64,000 nucleotides of DNA, from positions 3,456,001 to 3,520,000 of the forward strand of contig OZ245011.1 in the NCBI GenBank assembly GCA_965223665.1, written 5' to 3'. The stretch comes from Nitrospinaceae bacterium (GTDB lineage: Bacteria > Nitrospinota > Nitrospinia > Nitrospinales > Nitrospinaceae). The notes under the pieces were generated by a model. The model was not told where the DNA came from, ran no database searches, and worked only from the letters and a program-made list of their open reading frames with translations. Positions 48,019 to 58,084 of this stretch are shown piece by piece; position 1 is the first letter of the stretch; every line of letters begins with the position of its first letter. Made by a program: the position numbers and the translations under genes.

Positions 48019-49446
48019 TCAAATTCCCATACGTTGGGTGAGGATTTTAGTTCCCATACGGGCCTTGGCCGTAAAATCAGACCAAGATTTTAATTGTGTA
48101 ATTTGCTTCATTAAATAAGTGGGGCTTCTATAAAAACGAGAGTGACATTCATTTTGGATTTGGCGAAGCTCTTCTTCTGAAAAGTCTTTATTCCAAAACC
48201 GAATTTTAAAGTCAGGGGATGGATTCTCCGCAAAGTTTTGCCAATAGTCTTCCTTTACGATTCCTTCCTTTAACATTCGAAAATACAACTCAGTTTTAGG
48301 GTAGGGTGTACAAATCGAAAATTGTGCATAATCGGGTTTTAACCTTTTGGCAAAATCAACGGTTGAGAGCATCTCTCTTTTGGTTTCGTAGGGAATTCCA
48401 ATCATCATATAAGCAAAGAAACCGATACCAGCTTGGCGGGTCCATTTACAAGCACGTTCAATTTTTTGTACATTTTGTCCTTTTTCTAAATAATCCAAAT
48501 GCCTTTGTGAGGATGACTCTATGCCAAAATGAATCCTGTAGCATCCAGCTCGTTTGAGGCTGATCAATAATTCCGGATTAATAGTGTCAACTCTTGCTGA
48601 AATTTTAAAATTGATCTTTAGCCCACGTTTAACAATCAAATCGCAAATACTTATCAGGTTTTTTTTGTTGATTGTAATTGTATCATCCACAAAAAATAAG
48701 TCGTCTACCCCCATGTCTATGATTGATTCAATCTCTTGAACAACGTTCTCAGGAGACCGCTCTCGAAATTTAGTTTTCCGTATATCGCAGAAGGTGCAAG
48801 CTGCCGGGCAACCTCTAGTCGCTTGAATGGTAAAAAATTGTTGTCCTTCTCCTATAATATGCTCGTATTTGGAAACATCAACTAAATGGCGGGCAGGTTG
48901 TGGAAGAGAATCCAGGTTTAATAACTCTGTTTCAGCAGGGTTGACTTGGATATGGTTATTCTGTTTAAATCCCAATCCTTTTATTTTACTTAAAGATTCT
49001 GTTTGGCCGCCTTTTTCTAAAGTTTGAACAAGTTTTGTAAAAATAGGTTCCCCTTCACCATATACAACATAATCAATATCCGGCAATTTTAGGGTTTCCT
49101 GAGGATATAAGTTGACATGGGGGCCACCCAAACAAATTTTTACCTTAGGATTTTCTTGTTTAATTACCTTGGCGGAAGCCATGGCATCTAATAAATTAAA
49201 TGTCATTATGCTCATAGCAACCAGATCAGGGTTCAATTCCCTGAATTTTCTTAACAATTCTGTTTGAGATATTTTTTCTGCAGGGCAATCTATGAAAGTG
49301 GGGCGGTCACCAGTAATTTTTTCATAATAAGCGGCTACATACAATAAGCCCAATTTTGGATAGTAGCCTTTTCCTCCCTCCAGGATTTTGGGCACAGAAG
49401 ATTCAATTGATAAAGTCTCAGGTGGAACTAGGAAAAGAATTTTCAT
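48019..49446 (-). CDS. B12-binding-domain radical SAM protein
   Basis: PKLGLLYVAA, LGGPH, GEGE, RGCPAACTFC, FFVDD, GIES. Confidence 0.9.
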   Translation of the reverse strand: MKILFLVPPETLSIESSVPKILEGGKGYYPKLGLLYVAAYYEKITGDRPTFIDCPAEKISQTELLRKFRELNPDLVAMSIMTFNLLDAMASAKVIKQENPKVKICLGGPHVNLYPQETLKLPDIDYVVYGEGEPIFTKLVQTLEKGGQTESLSKIKGLGFKQNNHIQVNPAETELLNLDSLPQPARHLVDVSKYEHIIGEGQQFFTIQATRGCPAACTFCDIRKTKFRERSPENVVQEIESIIDMGVDDLFFVDDTITINKKNLISICDLIVKRGLKINFKISARVDTINPELLISLKRAGCYRIHFGIESSSQRHLDYLEKGQNVQKIERACKWTRQAGIGFFAYMMIGIPYETKREMLSTVDFAKRLKPDYAQFSICTPYPKTELYFRMLKEGIVKEDYWQNFAENPSPDFKIRFWNKDFSEEELRQIQNECHSRFYRSPTYLMKQITQLKSWSDFTAKARMGTKILTQRMGI

Positions 49447-49520
49447 AAGATAAGAATTTTTAATTGATAAAAATAGGTTAAAAGTAACCCATTCATCATT
49501 CAACCGGAAAAGAGCAAACT

Positions 49521-50486
49521 ATGAAACCTAAAGTCGCCATAACTAATATTTTCCCGGATATAGCGTTGGAAAAATTAAAAACCCGTTGCGATATTCAATA
49601 CAATGACTCGGGAAAATCGCTAACCACCGAAGAATTAGGGGTTTTGGCTGCATCTTGTCAGGCGCTGGTCACTTATTTATCGGATAAAATTGATCAAAGC
49701 ATTATCCATCAAGCCCGGGATTTAAAAGTAATTTCCAATTATGGTGCGGGTTTTAATAATATTAGTGTTGCAAGTGCAAAAGAAAAACAAATTTGGGTGA
49801 CTAATACGCCAGGCGTACTCCACGAAACCACAGCAGATCTGACATGGGCCATGATTTTGGGGATGGCGCGGCAAATTATCCCAGCAGATCAATACACTCG
49901 TGAAGGAAAATTCACGGGCTGGCAAGCAAAGTTATTTTTGGGTAGTGATGTTTTCGGAAAAACTTTGGGTGTAATTGGTTGTGGAGAAATTGGAACGGCA
50001 GTGGCCCGAAGGGCTTCTGGGTTTAATATGGAAGTCCTTTATCATCAAAGAAACCCCTTGCCCCATGAGAAAGAAAAAGAATTGAACGCAAAATTCGTAT
50101 CATTAGAAGAATTGCTTAATCAATCAGATTATATCACTCTTCATGTCCCTTTAACTGATGAAACCAAATACATGATTGGTGAAAAAGAAATTGATCAAAT
50201 GAAACCATCCGCTTATTTAATACATACGGCCCGGGGAAAAGTTGTGGATGACCAGGCCTTGGTTAATGCATTAAAAACTGGGAAATTAGCAGGAGCTGCT
50301 TTAGATGTTTTTGAAAATGAACCTCTCCTTACGGATGGAATGATTGGATTAAAAAATTTAATGATACTTCCACACATTGGTAGTGCCAGCGTTGAAACTC
50401 GAGATAAAATGGCGTTGTTAGTGGCAGACAATGTATTCGATGCATTAGATGGAAATACACCTCGGTCTTTAGTGCCTTCTTGGTAA
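49521..50486 (+). CDS. D-2-hydroxyacid dehydrogenase (glyoxylate/hydroxypyruvate reductase type)
   Basis: TNTPGVL, GCGEIG, ARGKVVD, LDVFENEP, PHIGSA. Confidence 0.92.
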   Translation: MKPKVAITNIFPDIALEKLKTRCDIQYNDSGKSLTTEELGVLAASCQALVTYLSDKIDQSIIHQARDLKVISNYGAGFNNISVASAKEKQIWVTNTPGVLHETTADLTWAMILGMARQIIPADQYTREGKFTGWQAKLFLGSDVFGKTLGVIGCGEIGTAVARRASGFNMEVLYHQRNPLPHEKEKELNAKFVSLEELLNQSDYITLHVPLTDETKYMIGEKEIDQMKPSAYLIHTARGKVVDDQALVNALKTGKLAGAALDVFENEPLLTDGMIGLKNLMILPHIGSASVETRDKMALLVADNVFDALDGNTPRSLVPSW

Positions 50487-50499
50487 TAGGAGTGGATTA

Positions 50500-51363
50500 A
50501 TGAATTTAAGGATTAAATTTTGTGTCTTTTGGATCTTGTTTAATGTTGTCAATTTTTTACCTTTATTAACGTATGCAGCAGATATTCCATTTTGGAAACT
50601 AGTAGGTAAAAGCCATTTAATTGCTCAGGCTACCCTAGAAGTACCTGAAAAAGAAATTAATAAGGTTGTTAGCTCTGGGGAACACAAATTTGTAGAAATT
50701 CAACTTAATATAAAAAATATATTAAAAGGAAATTATGACTCTAAGGAACTTAGCTTTCGTTATTTTACAAATGCTTTGGCATATGGGGGGATTTCGAGTG
50801 AGAGTCTAATTAAGTTAAATGGTAAAGAGGTCATAGTATTTCTTTTTAAGAATAAAAATTATTATCTATCAGCCAATTCACCAAAAACAGTACAAACAGT
50901 AAGTGAAAGTTTATTGAACAAAATAAATGCCGAAATAGTAACCCAAAGGCAGTTTGTAAAAAATTTCGACCGTTTTAGTCATAGTAGTTCCCTCCCTTAT
51001 GAAAAGGAAGTCGAAGAGTTGGTAGACTTTATGATTCATCCTGAACTTCCCCCTGGGAATGCCCAAGCGGTTTATGATGCGGTGATTGATTTGGGCCAAG
51101 AGGCAGTTCCCGCTATCATTAAGTTAATGGATGATCGCCGTCGTTTGACCATCCCTAAAATTTCTTTGGAGTTTTCGGATTCCGGTCAAATACAAACAGT
51201 TCATTACGGACCTGAAGTGGTAACGGATGTGATGACTGCAATATTGATGAAAATTACAGGAGAAAGTTTAACTCAAATTTATAATGGAGGCTCCGAAAAA
51301 GAACGAGAAACAGCAGTGAATTTGTGGAAAATATTGCAATGGCGACAGACAAATAAAATGTAA
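50500..51363 (+). CDS. Exported hypothetical protein
   Basis: Signal peptide, RBS GGAG, 287 aa. Confidence 0.72.
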   Translation: MNLRIKFCVFWILFNVVNFLPLLTYAADIPFWKLVGKSHLIAQATLEVPEKEINKVVSSGEHKFVEIQLNIKNILKGNYDSKELSFRYFTNALAYGGISSESLIKLNGKEVIVFLFKNKNYYLSANSPKTVQTVSESLLNKINAEIVTQRQFVKNFDRFSHSSSLPYEKEVEELVDFMIHPELPPGNAQAVYDAVIDLGQEAVPAIIKLMDDRRRLTIPKISLEFSDSGQIQTVHYGPEVVTDVMTAILMKITGESLTQIYNGGSEKERETAVNLWKILQWRQTNKM

Positions 51364-51380
51364 AAGAGGTTTAATGTTGA

Positions 51381-52478
51381 TTAAACATTAAATCGAAAGG
51401 TGATAATATCTCCATCTTGAACTACATATTCTTTACCTTCTAACCTTAGTTTCCCTGCTTCTTTCACTGCAGCTTCAGACTTGTATTCAACTAAATCGTC
51501 AAAATGGTAAACCACGGCTTTAATAAATCCTTTTTCGAAATCCGAATGAATCTTTCCTGCTGCTTGAGGCGCTTTTGAATTTTTTGAAATGGTCCAGGCG
51601 CGGTTTTCTTTATCGCCCACGGTAAAAAAAGTTTCCAGGTTTAATAATTCATAGCCGGCGCGAATCATTTGATTTTGACCGGGTTCAGATAAACCCATTT
51701 CTTCTAAAAATACTTCCCGCTCTTCAGGATCTTCAATTTCTAATAACTCGGTTTCCAATTTTCCGGCAACGATTACCACGGGTGCAGATTCTTCGTTTGC
51801 AATTTCTTTAACTTTTTTGACAAGGTCTCCATTAATTTCTGCTGGATCACCAATGTTGCACACATAAAGCACAGGTTTAATGGTCAAAAGATTAAGTGAT
51901 TTTACAAAACTTACTTCTGCTGGATGCTGAAAAGTTACTGCGCGAGCGGGCTGCCCATTATCAAAGGCTTCCATTAATTGAGTTATAACACTAATTTGCA
52001 TCCTGGCATCTTTATCTCCACTTTTGGCTAACTTCTCTAGTTTCATTTTTCTTTTTTCGATAGTTTCTATGTCGGCAATCATTAATTCTGTATTGATTTC
52101 ATCAATGTCTACTGAAGGATCAATGACTTTATTTACATGAGGAATATTTTCATCCTCAAAACAACGGACTACATGGGCCATGGCTTCCATTTCTCGAATG
52201 TTAGCTAAAAATTGATTGCCTATTCCTTCCCCTTTCGAAGCTCCCTTAACAAGCCCGGCAATGTCTACAAAATGCATAGTTGTTGGCACTTTCTTTTTAG
52301 CTTCAATTAATTCGTGGATTTTATCAAGTCTGGGGTCGGGGACGTTTACAATGCCAATATTGGGTTTGCTGGTACTGAAGGCATAATTTGACGACTCAGC
52401 TTTCGATTGAGTTAAAGCATTAAAAATTACTGTTTTTCCAACGTTGGGCAAACCTACCAAACCACAAGTGAAACCCAT
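51381..52478 (-). CDS. ychF: Ribosome-binding ATPase YchF
   Basis: GLPNVGK, DIAGLVKGASKGEG, AAGKIHSDFEKGFI, EGKEYVVQDGD. Confidence 0.97.
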   Translation of the reverse strand: MGFTCGLVGLPNVGKTVIFNALTQSKAESSNYAFSTSKPNIGIVNVPDPRLDKIHELIEAKKKVPTTMHFVDIAGLVKGASKGEGIGNQFLANIREMEAMAHVVRCFEDENIPHVNKVIDPSVDIDEINTELMIADIETIEKRKMKLEKLAKSGDKDARMQISVITQLMEAFDNGQPARAVTFQHPAEVSFVKSLNLLTIKPVLYVCNIGDPAEINGDLVKKVKEIANEESAPVVIVAGKLETELLEIEDPEEREVFLEEMGLSEPGQNQMIRAGYELLNLETFFTVGDKENRAWTISKNSKAPQAAGKIHSDFEKGFIKAVVYHFDDLVEYKSEAAVKEAGKLRLEGKEYVVQDGDIITFRFNV

Positions 52479-52494
52479 AAGAGTTAACTCCGTT

Positions 52495-53910
52495 TTATTT
52501 AAAAGAAGAATGCAAAGTATTAAAGGGTTTAAGTAAAAATAAACTGATAAAAACCAAAAAAGCGTAACCGCTTATAATTTTAAAAAATAATGTATCCTCC
52601 ACCAAACTCAGTAAAGTTAAGAAAAAAACAGCTCCAACATTTCCATATGCCCCTACAACTCCAGCCATTTTCCCTGTAAGGTCTTTCCTTATAAGGGGCA
52701 CCATAGCAAAGCATGCACCATTTCCGGCCTGAACAAGTAGTGAACATATAATTGCTAAAGTGATTGCAATTGTTAAAGACCAGGAAGATGAAATGTTTCC
52801 CATAAACCAATAACACAAAATAGACCCAAACACCAAAACTAACATAACAGGTTTACGTCCAAATTTATCAGAAAGCCACCCTCCGCTAGGTCTGGAAATT
52901 AAATTAAAAAAAGCGAAGCTGGACCCCAATACTCCCGCAATGGTAACGGAAAGATTAAAGGAGTTTTCCAAGAATTCAGGAAACATGGAAACGACAGCGA
53001 GTTCTGATCCAAAAGTTAAGGCATAAACTAAGCTTAAAATGACGGTTTGTCTAAACTCATATTTTTTTTCATTAGGTATCGAACTTCTAATCCGAGAAAT
53101 GTTAAACCTATAGCAACGATAAATATTTTGGATAAGTATCCCAAACATCGCGGTAAGAATTACCCAGAAAAATAAATCAGGAATTAATTGAGTGGGAGGG
53201 GTAGATAATTTCCAAATAAAAAACGCAAAGGCGAAGAACAATGGAAACATTAATAAAATTTGTAAAACCAAATCTTTTTGAGAGGTGACCTCAATTGTAT
53301 TTTCCAAGCCAACGGGAAATTGCGGAGCTCGGCTAGGGACTTCGTGGGCATACTTATAGTATATCCAGGCCCAAAAAAAACAGAATCCACCTGAAATTCC
53401 TGTAGCTATACGCCAACCATCTTCAGGAGAAAATAGAGCTGCGATTGGGGGTAAAGTGAAGGCTGCGGCTGCGGCCCCAAAATTTCCCCAACCTGCGTAA
53501 AGACCTTGAGCGGTTCCCATTTTCTCAGGTGGAAACCATTCTGCTATCATTTTTATTCCTACTACAAAACTAGCACCTACAATTCCCATTAATAAACGGG
53601 AGATTATTAAATCAGAAAATGTTTGTGCCAGTGCAAAATGGATACTAATTCCACCGGCAAAAATTAAAATTAAAATAAAAATTTTTTTGGGTCCGTAATG
53701 ATCTACTAATGAACCAATTGCAATGCGAGCTGGAATGGTAAGGGCGACATTGCAAATCATTAAAATTTTGATTTGGTTTGTAGTTATGGATAATGAATTT
53801 TGAAGGGTGGTATTAAAGGGAGCCATGTTGAACCAGGTAAGGAATGTCAGAAAAAAGGCCATCCAAGTTAAATGAAGGATAGCCTTTTGTTTCCTATCAA
53901 ACCCAAACAT
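52495..53910 (-). CDS. narK: NarK/NNP-family nitrate/nitrite MFS transporter
   Basis: LTIPARI, GASFVVG..MIAEWFP, AGWGNFG, TFGSELA, SRPSGGWLSD, GAYGNVG. Confidence 0.88.
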   Translation of the reverse strand: MFGFDRKQKAILHLTWMAFFLTFLTWFNMAPFNTTLQNSLSITTNQIKILMICNVALTIPARIAIGSLVDHYGPKKIFILILIFAGGISIHFALAQTFSDLIISRLLMGIVGASFVVGIKMIAEWFPPEKMGTAQGLYAGWGNFGAAAAAFTLPPIAALFSPEDGWRIATGISGGFCFFWAWIYYKYAHEVPSRAPQFPVGLENTIEVTSQKDLVLQILLMFPLFFAFAFFIWKLSTPPTQLIPDLFFWVILTAMFGILIQNIYRCYRFNISRIRSSIPNEKKYEFRQTVILSLVYALTFGSELAVVSMFPEFLENSFNLSVTIAGVLGSSFAFFNLISRPSGGWLSDKFGRKPVMLVLVFGSILCYWFMGNISSSWSLTIAITLAIICSLLVQAGNGACFAMVPLIRKDLTGKMAGVVGAYGNVGAVFFLTLLSLVEDTLFFKIISGYAFLVFISLFLLKPFNTLHSSFK

Positions 53911-53930
53911 TTCCTGGTAAAAAATTGGGC

Positions 53931-54245
53931 TTAAGATCTGGGAATGTTCGACATGATCTGATGATTACGTACTACGCCATTAGCATCAAATTCGACAATC
54001 AGGTTTTTTGATGTATCATCACCAAACGCTCGATAAGTATTCTGTTCATAGACATAAATGGGATGTCCATTTTGAATTCCAGTCTTATAGGGATCCCCAA
54101 ACATATCTTCAATTTCTTGTTTAGTGGTTTTCCCATTTACGATAGTTTTTGCCAAGTCAATATCAAAATCCTGGCCGACAGTCCCACATGCCGCAAATAA
54201 AAACAGACTCATTAAAATTGCGCCAAGGGATGATAGTCGTTTCAT
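53931..54245 (-). CDS. BamE/SmpA-like outer membrane lipoprotein
   Basis: Lipobox FAAC; GKTTKQEI..FGDP; L.V.FD.NGVV. Confidence 0.78.
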   Translation of the reverse strand: MKRLSSLGAILMSLFLFAACGTVGQDFDIDLAKTIVNGKTTKQEIEDMFGDPYKTGIQNGHPIYVYEQNTYRAFGDDTSKNLIVEFDANGVVRNHQIMSNIPRS

Positions 54246-54396
54246 AATTTCCCTCCTTAGGAAGTTCGTAATTTAGGTAGGATCACAATACCCATGCCGT
54301 TAGCGTATTCTTGCCCCTAATTTTTGAAGAATTTTATCATGAGAAAGCCCATATTCCCAACATCATTTCAAACTAATTAATGGTTGTTAGTAAAAA

Positions 54397-55932
54397 TTAA
54401 GAAATAATGTTGTATTTTTCCTCATGAAGTTTTGGATTGATTTTAACGTTAATTTCGATGTTATAAAGCTTTTCAAGCTCATCAAGAAAAGAGGTTTCCT
54501 CTTCAAAAAGGAGATCGTAAACGGGAGGAGGAACCTCTATTGTAATATTATTTTTGGTGAGGCTATTTCCAACTAATCTCTGGAGAGTGCGGATGACTTC
54601 ATTACATACCGTAGCGGTTGATTTGATATGGCCCTTACCTTCGCAATAGGGGCATGGATCACATAAAGTTTGACTTAAACTTCCGCGGACACGTTTGCGA
54701 GTCATTTCAACTAAGCCAAGTTCAGATATTTTTAAAATATTGGTCCGGGATCGATCAAATTTCAACTCCTGTGTAAGAGCATTCCAAACAATTTCTTTAC
54801 TTTCTTCTTTGGCCATATCAATGAAATCAACAATGATGATTCCCCCAATATTCCTTAAACGAAGCTGGTATACAATTTCTTTGACGGCTTCTAAGTTTGT
54901 TTTTAAGATTGTTTCTTCCGGGTCACTGTGACCTACATATTTACCTGTGTTGACATCAATGGCCACAAGAGCTTCTGTCTGGTCAATCGTAATAAAACCT
55001 CCGGATTTCAACCAAATTTTTCTACCTAAAGCTCTATTGATTTCAATTTCAATCCCGTAAAAATCAAAAATTGGGACGGGTTCTTTATATAATTCTATTT
55101 TGTCTACCAAATGTGGAAGGTAATTTGTGCAAAATTCCATGCATTTCTCAAAGTCCCCTTTAGAATCGACAACTAAGCGAAATACATCTTCGTTGAGAAT
55201 ATCTCGAATCGAACGAAAAATTAAATTTAAATCCTCATAAAGTAAGGAAGGAGCTTGTAATTCTTCTGAACGTCCTTTCAAGTTATCCCATAATTTGTGG
55301 AGAAAACGAAGATCTGACTCAAAATCTTCTTTTTTTCTTCCCAGTGCAGCTGTACGGACAATATAACCATCCCCAGGTCTGGCAATTTCAGCCACTAAAT
55401 TTTTCAAACGTTCTTTTTCATCCTCATCCTCAATACGGCGAGAAACACTGGTTTGGTTTGCTGTAGGCATATACACAATGTGCCTGCCGGCAAGGGTAAT
55501 GAACGTAGTAATTCTGGCGCCTTTAGTGCCGAGGGGATTTTTTGCAACTTGAACTACAATTTCTTGTCCTTCTGTAAGAAGGTCTTGAATGGGAATACTA
55601 GGACCCTGGTCTTTGATAGATTTGTTATCTGTTGAGGTGTCTTGATCTTCATCAAGATTAACTGAATCAGAATCATCTGCATCCTCATCAAAATCATTGA
55701 GATCAATGACATCAATGTCACCCACATAAAGAAATCCTGCTTTTTCTAGCCCAATATCCACAAAAGCAACCTGCATTCCAGGAAGGATTTTGGTGACCAC
55801 TCCCTTATAAATATTTCCAACGATTCCTTTTTTGGATTTATGTTCTATAAATATTTCAGCAAGTTGATTCTTTTCTACCAAGGCAACCCGGATTTCTCTA
55901 GGGTTTGAATTGATAATGATTTCTGATGCCAT
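54397..55932 (-). CDS. rng: Ribonuclease G (Rne/Rng family)
   Basis: GNIYKG, PGMQVAFVDIG, AIDVNTG, RLRNIGGIIIVDFIDM, CPYCEG. Confidence 0.93.
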   Translation of the reverse strand: MASEIIINSNPREIRVALVEKNQLAEIFIEHKSKKGIVGNIYKGVVTKILPGMQVAFVDIGLEKAGFLYVGDIDVIDLNDFDEDADDSDSVNLDEDQDTSTDNKSIKDQGPSIPIQDLLTEGQEIVVQVAKNPLGTKGARITTFITLAGRHIVYMPTANQTSVSRRIEDEDEKERLKNLVAEIARPGDGYIVRTAALGRKKEDFESDLRFLHKLWDNLKGRSEELQAPSLLYEDLNLIFRSIRDILNEDVFRLVVDSKGDFEKCMEFCTNYLPHLVDKIELYKEPVPIFDFYGIEIEINRALGRKIWLKSGGFITIDQTEALVAIDVNTGKYVGHSDPEETILKTNLEAVKEIVYQLRLRNIGGIIIVDFIDMAKEESKEIVWNALTQELKFDRSRTNILKISELGLVEMTRKRVRGSLSQTLCDPCPYCEGKGHIKSTATVCNEVIRTLQRLVGNSLTKNNITIEVPPPVYDLLFEEETSFLDELEKLYNIEINVKINPKLHEEKYNIIS

Positions 55933-56039
55933 GGTTTCTGCCAATAAAAAAAAATTATTAAATTAAAAAATGCCGGAAGGTCAATTATACCATGTAAATG
56001 ATAAATATAAGGATATCTGATTGACGGTCCGCACTTTCC

Positions 56040-57140
56040 TTAATGGACAACCCTTCTCATTTCAATATTCAATAATAACCCTAATGCAAAAAAATTCGTT
56101 AAAAGTGAGGAACCCCCATAACTTAATAGGGGAAGGGGTAGGCCGGTTACCGGGAAAATCCCTACGGTCATTCCAATATTAAAAATAATATAAAAAGAAA
56201 TAGAAGCTACTATTCCCAACCCCAGAAGTAAACCAAATCGATCCGCCGCCCGGAAAGCAATATTGAGTCCTTTTAAAATAAGAACTAAATACAAGATCAT
56301 TAGGATTATAACTCCAACAAATCCGAGTTCTTCTGCAAATACTGAAAAAATAAAATCTGTATGTTTTTCTGGAAGAAAATTAAGACGACTTTGTGTGCCG
56401 GCCATCAAACCTTTTCCCCAAAATCCTCCTGAACCTACTGCAATCTTTGACTGGATTGTATGGTAGCCGGCTCCAAGTGGATCCATTTCCGGATTGAAAA
56501 GTGTTTTTACCCGAGCTTTTTGATAGTCCTTTAAGAAAAACCAAGTCATAGGGGTTAACACCACTCCAGTTAAAATCAATTTTGCCAAAGTACGACCTTC
56601 GATTTCTATAGCCATTACCAAAACAAAGAAAATGAAAAAAATTATCATGGCTGTTCCCAAATCGGGTTGCCGGATGATTAGCCATCCCAACAATCCTGTT
56701 AAAGAAACAGGAATTATGAGGTCTTTAATTGTGTATTTGGGTTGCTGAGTTCGAGATAGGTCAAAGTATTTCGCTAGCACAATAATAAGAGAAAACTTTG
56801 CAAATTCTGAAAATTGAATTGAGAAGGAACCTATATGTATCCATCTTTTTACCCCTGAGGCACCTGTGCCAAAAAATAAGACGGAGATTAAGGCTAATAT
56901 CGTTACAAAATAAATGAAATATGCGTATCGATTGAGTAATCGGTAATCTATTAGTAGGGCAGCCAGCATTGCAATAAGCCCATAAAGAATCCAATAAATT
57001 TGTTTAATATATAGATTTTGATAGAAAGCCTCAGGGCGTGCATGGTTGGCACTATAAATTACAACCACTCCAACCGTAGAAATGGTCAATATTAGAAGTA
57101 AATACCACCAGCTAAAATGGCTTAACATCCTTCGGTCCAT
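56040..57140 (-). CDS. rodA: Rod shape-determining protein RodA (SEDS family)
   Basis: QPDLGTA, GYHTIQSKIAVGSGG..GKG, LPEKHTDFIF, LPLLSYGGSS. Confidence 0.94.
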   Translation of the reverse strand: MDRRMLSHFSWWYLLLILTISTVGVVVIYSANHARPEAFYQNLYIKQIYWILYGLIAMLAALLIDYRLLNRYAYFIYFVTILALISVLFFGTGASGVKRWIHIGSFSIQFSEFAKFSLIIVLAKYFDLSRTQQPKYTIKDLIIPVSLTGLLGWLIIRQPDLGTAMIIFFIFFVLVMAIEIEGRTLAKLILTGVVLTPMTWFFLKDYQKARVKTLFNPEMDPLGAGYHTIQSKIAVGSGGFWGKGLMAGTQSRLNFLPEKHTDFIFSVFAEELGFVGVIILMILYLVLILKGLNIAFRAADRFGLLLGLGIVASISFYIIFNIGMTVGIFPVTGLPLPLLSYGGSSLLTNFFALGLLLNIEMRRVVH

Positions 57141-57414
57141 AAGGTCTCTAATTGGATATTTTTCTATTAATTAATATAAATTTGTTTAAATTTAGTGGTA
57201 ATTTGAATAATTAAATAATAAATTTTATTTAATTTTTTATAGTTTAACCCTAATGAGATAAAAGTATATCACTTTCAATGGTTAATTGATCAACAATGCT
57301 TAGGTCTAAAATAAATATCTCCTTAAAAATCAAAGGTCGTGTTTTTTTGCATAAAAAATAATCGAAGTCCCTTTACGCCTTAATTTTTATTTATTTGGAA
57401 AGTAATTCCCAAAG

Positions 57415-58001
57415 TTTTCCACAGCTTTTTCACAATCTATGTGGATAAAAGCTCTATTAATTCAGTTAGATTGGAGGGAAGGGGTTAGGCCCGTTAATAA
57501 AAACTGTCTAACTTTACCCTATCAAATTAAGCCATAAAGACCCACCCGCTTCAATTCACCTTAAAAGAAAGGCCCTATCCCTCTATTCAATTTTGCATAC
57601 TCTTCTTGCACAATAATGGCAAAGGATGAGAGGTGTTAATTAAGTGATCCTACCGATAAGCCTTTAATTATGAAGGCTCCAGGGGTACGCAAATAATTGT
57701 CTAACATTAACCAAACAATTAGTTCATATTTTTAGAATTAAGTTATGCCTAAACCATTGAAAACAAATTATGGAAATAATTTTTGCTTAATTGGAAGAAA
57801 AATTAAAATCCCTAAAAAACTGTGGAAAACTTTTAAAGGGCAAAAATTTTGGAAAAATTTCAATGCCCTTAATCCAACCAAATTACAAAAGTATTTGAAA
57901 ATATTAAGTTAGAGCGTTTTCTATAATTTTTTTTTATCCAATAACCCAATAGTTTCTACTGATTTCCATTTCTTTTTCCATTTATCCACAGATTACTCAC
58001 A
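57415..58001. other. Candidate chromosomal replication origin (DnaA-box clusters)
   Basis: Five exact TTWTNCACA matches (57415, 57426, 57440 reverse, 57821 reverse, 57982) and two 1-mismatch boxes (57604, 57993) in a 945-bp ORF-free gap. Confidence 0.68.
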
Positions 58002-58084
58002 ATTTCCCAAAAATTGCCCATTATATATATTTGGCAAAACGGAATTCTAATATTCGAAATTAGGGAAAATAAAATAGGCTAATT

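Noticed and set aside
54280-54305. Sigma54 promoter upstream of the BamE-like lipoprotein (minus strand CGGCATGGGTATTGT)
   Set aside because: The -12 element reads GT rather than the conserved GC, so support is insufficient.
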